Assembly (NCBI GenBank): GCA_963681965.1
Contig: OY820579.1
Location: 2,560,001 to 2,624,000 of the forward strand
Direction: 5' to 3'
DNA from: a bacterium
GTDB lineage: Bacteria > Electryoneota > JAOADG01
Length of the DNA stretch: 64,000 nt
Shown: positions 59,982-64,000 of the stretch, piece after piece
Layout: each line of letters begins with the position of its first letter
How positions within the stretch are numbered: the first letter of the stretch is position 1
Notes under the pieces: generated by a model
The model's input: only the letters and a program-made list of their open reading frames with translations
What the model was told of the DNA's origin: nothing
Database searches by the model: none
Translations under genes and position numbers: made by a program

Positions 59982-61651
59982 AAAAAAGCATTTTAGGCGC
60001 TGCCCTCGGTAATTGTGTACATGTTGCAGGTTTGCATCACTTTTTGATGATTGCGGAATCCGAAGGTTATCAGACCAGTTCGCTGGGACCAGCAGTTTCC
60101 ATCGAGCGGTTGGTAAAAGCAATTCAGGATGTTCACCCAACCATCATCGCAGTCAGTTACCGTTTAACTCCCGAAGTCGCGGCGGAACTGTTCGAAACTT
60201 TACGTTCACGGCTAGAGAATCTAGGAATGCAATCGACACGAATGGTATTCGGTGGAACCGTACCGGTGTGCCTAATTGCTCAAAAGTCCGGGTTATTCGA
60301 ACGGGTTTTTGATGGCCATGATTCAGTAGAAAATATCAAAGCGTTTCTGCGTGGTGAAGTTGACAGGAGCGCAATTCAAAAACCAATGACAGATTTAATC
60401 GGTCGTATCGAGCAGAAATACCCGTATCCACTTTTGCGACACCACTACGGACGTCCGACCCTTGAAGAAACCATTGAAGGGGTCAAAACGATTGCTGAGG
60501 CCGGAGTACTGGACGTGATTTCGCTCGGCACCGATCAGAATGCACAGGAACATTTCTTTCGTTCGGAAGAGATGGATCATGCGCAGGATGGTGCGGGTGG
60601 CGTTCCGGTTCGGACATCCGAACAATTGAGAGAAATTTTCGTCGCTTCCCGATGTGGTAACTTTCCACTGATTCGTTGTTACAGCGGGACTCGAGATCTG
60701 ATTCCTTGGGCAGAGATGAGTGTGGATACAATCCATAACGCATGGGGTGCAATTCCGCTCTGCTGGTACTGTGTGATCGATGGCCGTTCTCAATTATCGC
60801 TCTACGATTCGATTCGCGAAAAGCAAGCAGCGATGCATTGGTACGCTGAGCGAAATATCCCGGTAGAAGTGAATGAATCACACCAGTGGAGTCTACGCGA
60901 TGCGCACGATTCGTTGGGGGTCGCAATGGCCTTTCTTGCGGCCTACAATGCGAAGAAAGCAGGCGTCAAGAACTATGTATCGCAATTTATGTTCAACACT
61001 CCACCCGGAACTTCGCCGGTCAATGATCTTGCCAAAATGCTCGCGAAAAAGGAGCTGATTGAGTCGCTTCACGATGATACATTTACTTCATATCGAGAAG
61101 TTCGAGCTGGTATTGCGCACTTTTCATCCAACCCATTTACAGCATCTGGTCAACTCGCTGCCTCGGCTGTGATCAGTCTAGCTTTGAAACCCCACATCCT
61201 GCACGTTGTTGGACATAGCGAAGGGCATCACGCCACAACCGCATCTGAACTGATTCAGAGTTGCAACATAATTCATGGTGTGTTGCAAAACTGTTTGCAT
61301 GGTTTGCCTGATATGACTTTTGACAAAGATGTCATCGCGAGACAGTATGAGTTAATATCAGAAGCGAAAACTTTATTATCAGCTATTAAGATGTTTGGGG
61401 CAGCAGTCAGTGATGATCCTTGGAGCGATGCGTGGGTGTTATCGAATGCTATCAAGAATGGTATTCTCGATGCGCCGCATTTTCGCGGGAATCCCGCACT
61501 CTGTGGTAAAATCATAACTAGGTGTATCAATGGCGGATGGTATGCCATCGACGAGAGTTCTGGAAATCCCATAACCGAGCAAAATAGACTAAAGTTAGTG
61601 CTTGATTCTACACTTGTGTTAAGTGCTAATCAGAATAATTCATCAATCTAA
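59978..61651 (+). CDS. Cobalamin-binding enzyme of unknown function
   Basis: His-on-like GNCVHVAG, VSYRL, FGG, then a ~400-aa domain; no CxxxCxxC. Confidence 0.75.
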   Translation: MKKSILGAALGNCVHVAGLHHFLMIAESEGYQTSSLGPAVSIERLVKAIQDVHPTIIAVSYRLTPEVAAELFETLRSRLENLGMQSTRMVFGGTVPVCLIAQKSGLFERVFDGHDSVENIKAFLRGEVDRSAIQKPMTDLIGRIEQKYPYPLLRHHYGRPTLEETIEGVKTIAEAGVLDVISLGTDQNAQEHFFRSEEMDHAQDGAGGVPVRTSEQLREIFVASRCGNFPLIRCYSGTRDLIPWAEMSVDTIHNAWGAIPLCWYCVIDGRSQLSLYDSIREKQAAMHWYAERNIPVEVNESHQWSLRDAHDSLGVAMAFLAAYNAKKAGVKNYVSQFMFNTPPGTSPVNDLAKMLAKKELIESLHDDTFTSYREVRAGIAHFSSNPFTASGQLAASAVISLALKPHILHVVGHSEGHHATTASELIQSCNIIHGVLQNCLHGLPDMTFDKDVIARQYELISEAKTLLSAIKMFGAAVSDDPWSDAWVLSNAIKNGILDAPHFRGNPALCGKIITRCINGGWYAIDESSGNPITEQNRLKLVLDSTLVLSANQNNSSI

Positions 61652-61666
61652 GTCAGGAGGACAATC

Positions 61667-63013
61667 GTGGCAGGCATCGCAGGAACATCCAAACCAAATG
61701 CCAACGACCTTGTCGGTAAAATGTTGCAACTGATGCATCATCGCGGTAGTGCTGGTAAGGAAGTAGTCGACGTGCAAAACTGTACGTTCGGAATCTGTTG
61801 GCCAAAATCGCAAATAAAGTTGGCACAAAAGTTACTGGACACCCATGTGCTTAGTGATGAGACTGCAAACGGGCACTCTGTTTCCGCAAACATTGTCGAC
61901 GGAAGGTTGATTCTAAAGAGAGACAAATTAGGTGTCGTTCCTTTATATTATGCCCATACTTCAGATGGATCACTTTGTTTTGCCTCTGAAGCGAAAGCGC
62001 TCTTTCCTTTCGCAAGAAACATAACTGAGTTACTTCCAGGAACGGAAACAGATGGCGATAAGGTCACTGAGTACTTCAGATTGACTCAATCACCGATTTT
62101 ACTGCACTCCGACATAGAGATCGCCCGTCTACTACGTACACGATTGGATCTGTCAGTCGTGCGGCGTATTCGCGGGTATGCAATGGGGTCATGGCTATCG
62201 GGTGGATTAGATTCCAGTGTGCTGGCGGCCTTGGCTAAGCAACATCTTCCCATATTGCATACCTTTGCTGCTGGAACCAAAGAAGCGTCCGATCTTTTGT
62301 TTGCCCGTGAGATGGCAAACCATATCGGGTCCATTCACCATGAACTAATTGTCGATCTAGATCAGATGACAAGTATTCTACCGAAAGTGATCTATCATCT
62401 AGAATCTTTCGATGCACTATTGGTGCGTTCCAGCATAATGAATTTTCTCGTTGCTCAACTTGCGTCCGAATATGTCGAAGAGGTGTTCTCTGGTGAAGGA
62501 GGTGACGAACTCTTTGGTGGATACGAGTATTTAAAAGAACTCCCACTTGATCAATTGCCAGCTGAACTTATCGACATCACTAGTCGTTTACATAATACTG
62601 CACTTCAACGAGTGGATCGCTCTGCATCAGCTCATGGAACCATCGCTCATACCGCTTTTCTTGATCCTGATGTAGTCGATTTTGCACTTCGAATTCCACC
62701 GGAGTTAAAAATACGCGATGGAATTGAAAAATGGATTCTGAGAGAGTCCATGAAAGACCTGCTACCTGAAAGCATTTACCGACGAAAGAAAGCGAAGTTC
62801 TGGGAAGGAGCAGGTGTCTCAGACATGATTGCAATGCATGTTGATTCAAACATCTCGAATCAAGATTTTCAACGGGAACGTACCTTACCAAATGGATGGT
62901 TACTCAACAGCAAAGAAGAGCTGATGTACTACCGGATTTTTGTTAGTCACTTTGGAGAACTGGAAGATCTTAATTGGATGGGAAGGACCAAAGGGGTTAA
63001 AGCAGATGTTTAA
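61667..63013 (+). CDS. Asparagine synthetase-like ATP-dependent amide ligase lacking the N-terminal Cys
   Basis: LSGGLDSS, SGEGGDELFGGY, RRKK; starts MAGIAG after AGGAGG. Confidence 0.85.
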   Translation: MAGIAGTSKPNANDLVGKMLQLMHHRGSAGKEVVDVQNCTFGICWPKSQIKLAQKLLDTHVLSDETANGHSVSANIVDGRLILKRDKLGVVPLYYAHTSDGSLCFASEAKALFPFARNITELLPGTETDGDKVTEYFRLTQSPILLHSDIEIARLLRTRLDLSVVRRIRGYAMGSWLSGGLDSSVLAALAKQHLPILHTFAAGTKEASDLLFAREMANHIGSIHHELIVDLDQMTSILPKVIYHLESFDALLVRSSIMNFLVAQLASEYVEEVFSGEGGDELFGGYEYLKELPLDQLPAELIDITSRLHNTALQRVDRSASAHGTIAHTAFLDPDVVDFALRIPPELKIRDGIEKWILRESMKDLLPESIYRRKKAKFWEGAGVSDMIAMHVDSNISNQDFQRERTLPNGWLLNSKEELMYYRIFVSHFGELEDLNWMGRTKGVKADV

Positions 63014-63032
63014 CCATTTGGTGGAGTAAGCG

Positions 63033-63623
63033 ATGAATTTTCTGAGCCACGTAATCCATGATTTTCTTGTGCTCTTTGCAATGGTGAATGCTGTGGGAAA
63101 TCTTCCCATATTTGCGTTCCACACATCCGGAATGACCTCTTTCGAGCGGAACAAGGTGTTCCGGTTGGCAGTGATAACCGCCGGATCAATTGTGATTTCA
63201 TTTGCTCTCTTTGGTGACTGGATGTTAAGGAATGTCTTTGAAGTAAGCACCGCATCATTCAAGATTGCAGGTGGAATTCTTGTCTTCGCTGTTGCTGCAA
63301 AAGGAGTTATATCGCAAACAAGTAATGTTCCGCAGGATTCTGGTAAGTTCGAAAACGTAGCAGTGTTTCCATTGGCTTTTCCGTTTCTGGCAGGTCCCGG
63401 CACGATTGTCACGACCATACTTTTGTTTCAGACTGGTGGCTCACTTGTAACTGTTGGTGTTGCCGTACTGGTTTATTTATCAGTGATCCCTTTACTTCGC
63501 TTAGCACCATTGGTCGAAAAAGCAATCGGACAAGTTGGTGTAATGATTGTAGCTCGAATACTCTACATTTTCATCTGCGCGAAAGCAGTGAGTTTTGTGA
63601 TTACCGGAATCAAAGCAAGCTGA
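63033..63623 (+). CDS. MarC family membrane protein
   Basis: LFAMVNAVGNLPIF, FKIAGG, FPLAFP.LAGPG. Confidence 0.88.
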   Translation: MNFLSHVIHDFLVLFAMVNAVGNLPIFAFHTSGMTSFERNKVFRLAVITAGSIVISFALFGDWMLRNVFEVSTASFKIAGGILVFAVAAKGVISQTSNVPQDSGKFENVAVFPLAFPFLAGPGTIVTTILLFQTGGSLVTVGVAVLVYLSVIPLLRLAPLVEKAIGQVGVMIVARILYIFICAKAVSFVITGIKAS

Positions 63624-63904
63624 CCTTGTTCTTTTACTGTTATGCACAACTGATAAACTGATGTACAAATCAAAAGTAGCAGGAAAGAACTCCGCATCCT
63701 TTGAATTGCTGATGGCAAAGTGAATTCTGAAAATGAAACTCTAGTTTAGTTCGTATCACATAGTTAGTAGGTGCGGTTTTGAACTTTTCGAGTGACAGCG
63801 ATCGGTCAATATCGTTTTAATTAAGAAATCCAGCGGCTTTTTATAATAAATGTCAATTGACTAAGTCGTATGATAAATACATTTATTGCACGGAAAGCGA
63901 AATC

Positions 63905-64000
63905 ATGAATAAGAAGCCATCGATGAATGAGAAAGTAAGATCGCTAATGGAATCATTAGCAAGCACTGAAGGCATGGTACGCGAGACAGCTAGGATATCG
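63905..64000 (+). CDS. 5' end of a gene running off the window
   Basis: Open frame MNKKPSMNEKVRSLMESLASTEGMVRETARIS to the window end. Confidence 0.4.
   Translation, partial: MNKKPSMNEKVRSLMESLASTEGMVRETARIS

Noticed and set aside
59978-61651. B12-dependent radical SAM enzyme or methionine synthase
   Set aside because: No CxxxCxxC, and no recognisable homocysteine- or pterin-binding domains

Overview
Bacterial window in two parts. About 0.5-38.3 kb is a mosaic defence/mobile region: a near-contiguous six-gene run (SNF2-DUF3883 helicase-nuclease, DUF1156 6mA MTase, DUF499 ATPase, Dcm 5mC MTase, GHKL-ATPase/histidine kinase, receiver protein), an intact AbiEi/AbiEii pair and a broken HTH/nucleotidyltransferase pair, a large serine recombinase with att-like repeats and an upstream two-motif repeat array, a type I R-M locus (5'-truncated hsdR, inserted KAP NTPase, hsdM, hsdS), two rhuM paralogues and a LexA-kinase-NtrC-like module. 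The most unusual structure is a thrice-repeated frame in which an hsdS 3'-end repeat and a double-palindrome/rhuM-start repeat enclose three unrelated cargo genes. About 38.3-64 kb is metabolic/stress DNA: YeeE/YedE-cytochrome b-octaheme cytochrome, cydAB, sulfur genes, MscS/NhaA/ClC/CPA/USP/HPF, and a TetR-opine dehydrogenase-B12 enzyme-AsnB-like (no N-terminal Cys)-MarC operon of unknown product. I found no CRISPR array, rRNA or complete tRNA. All family calls come from motif recognition by eye; no searches were run, and identities are hand counts.
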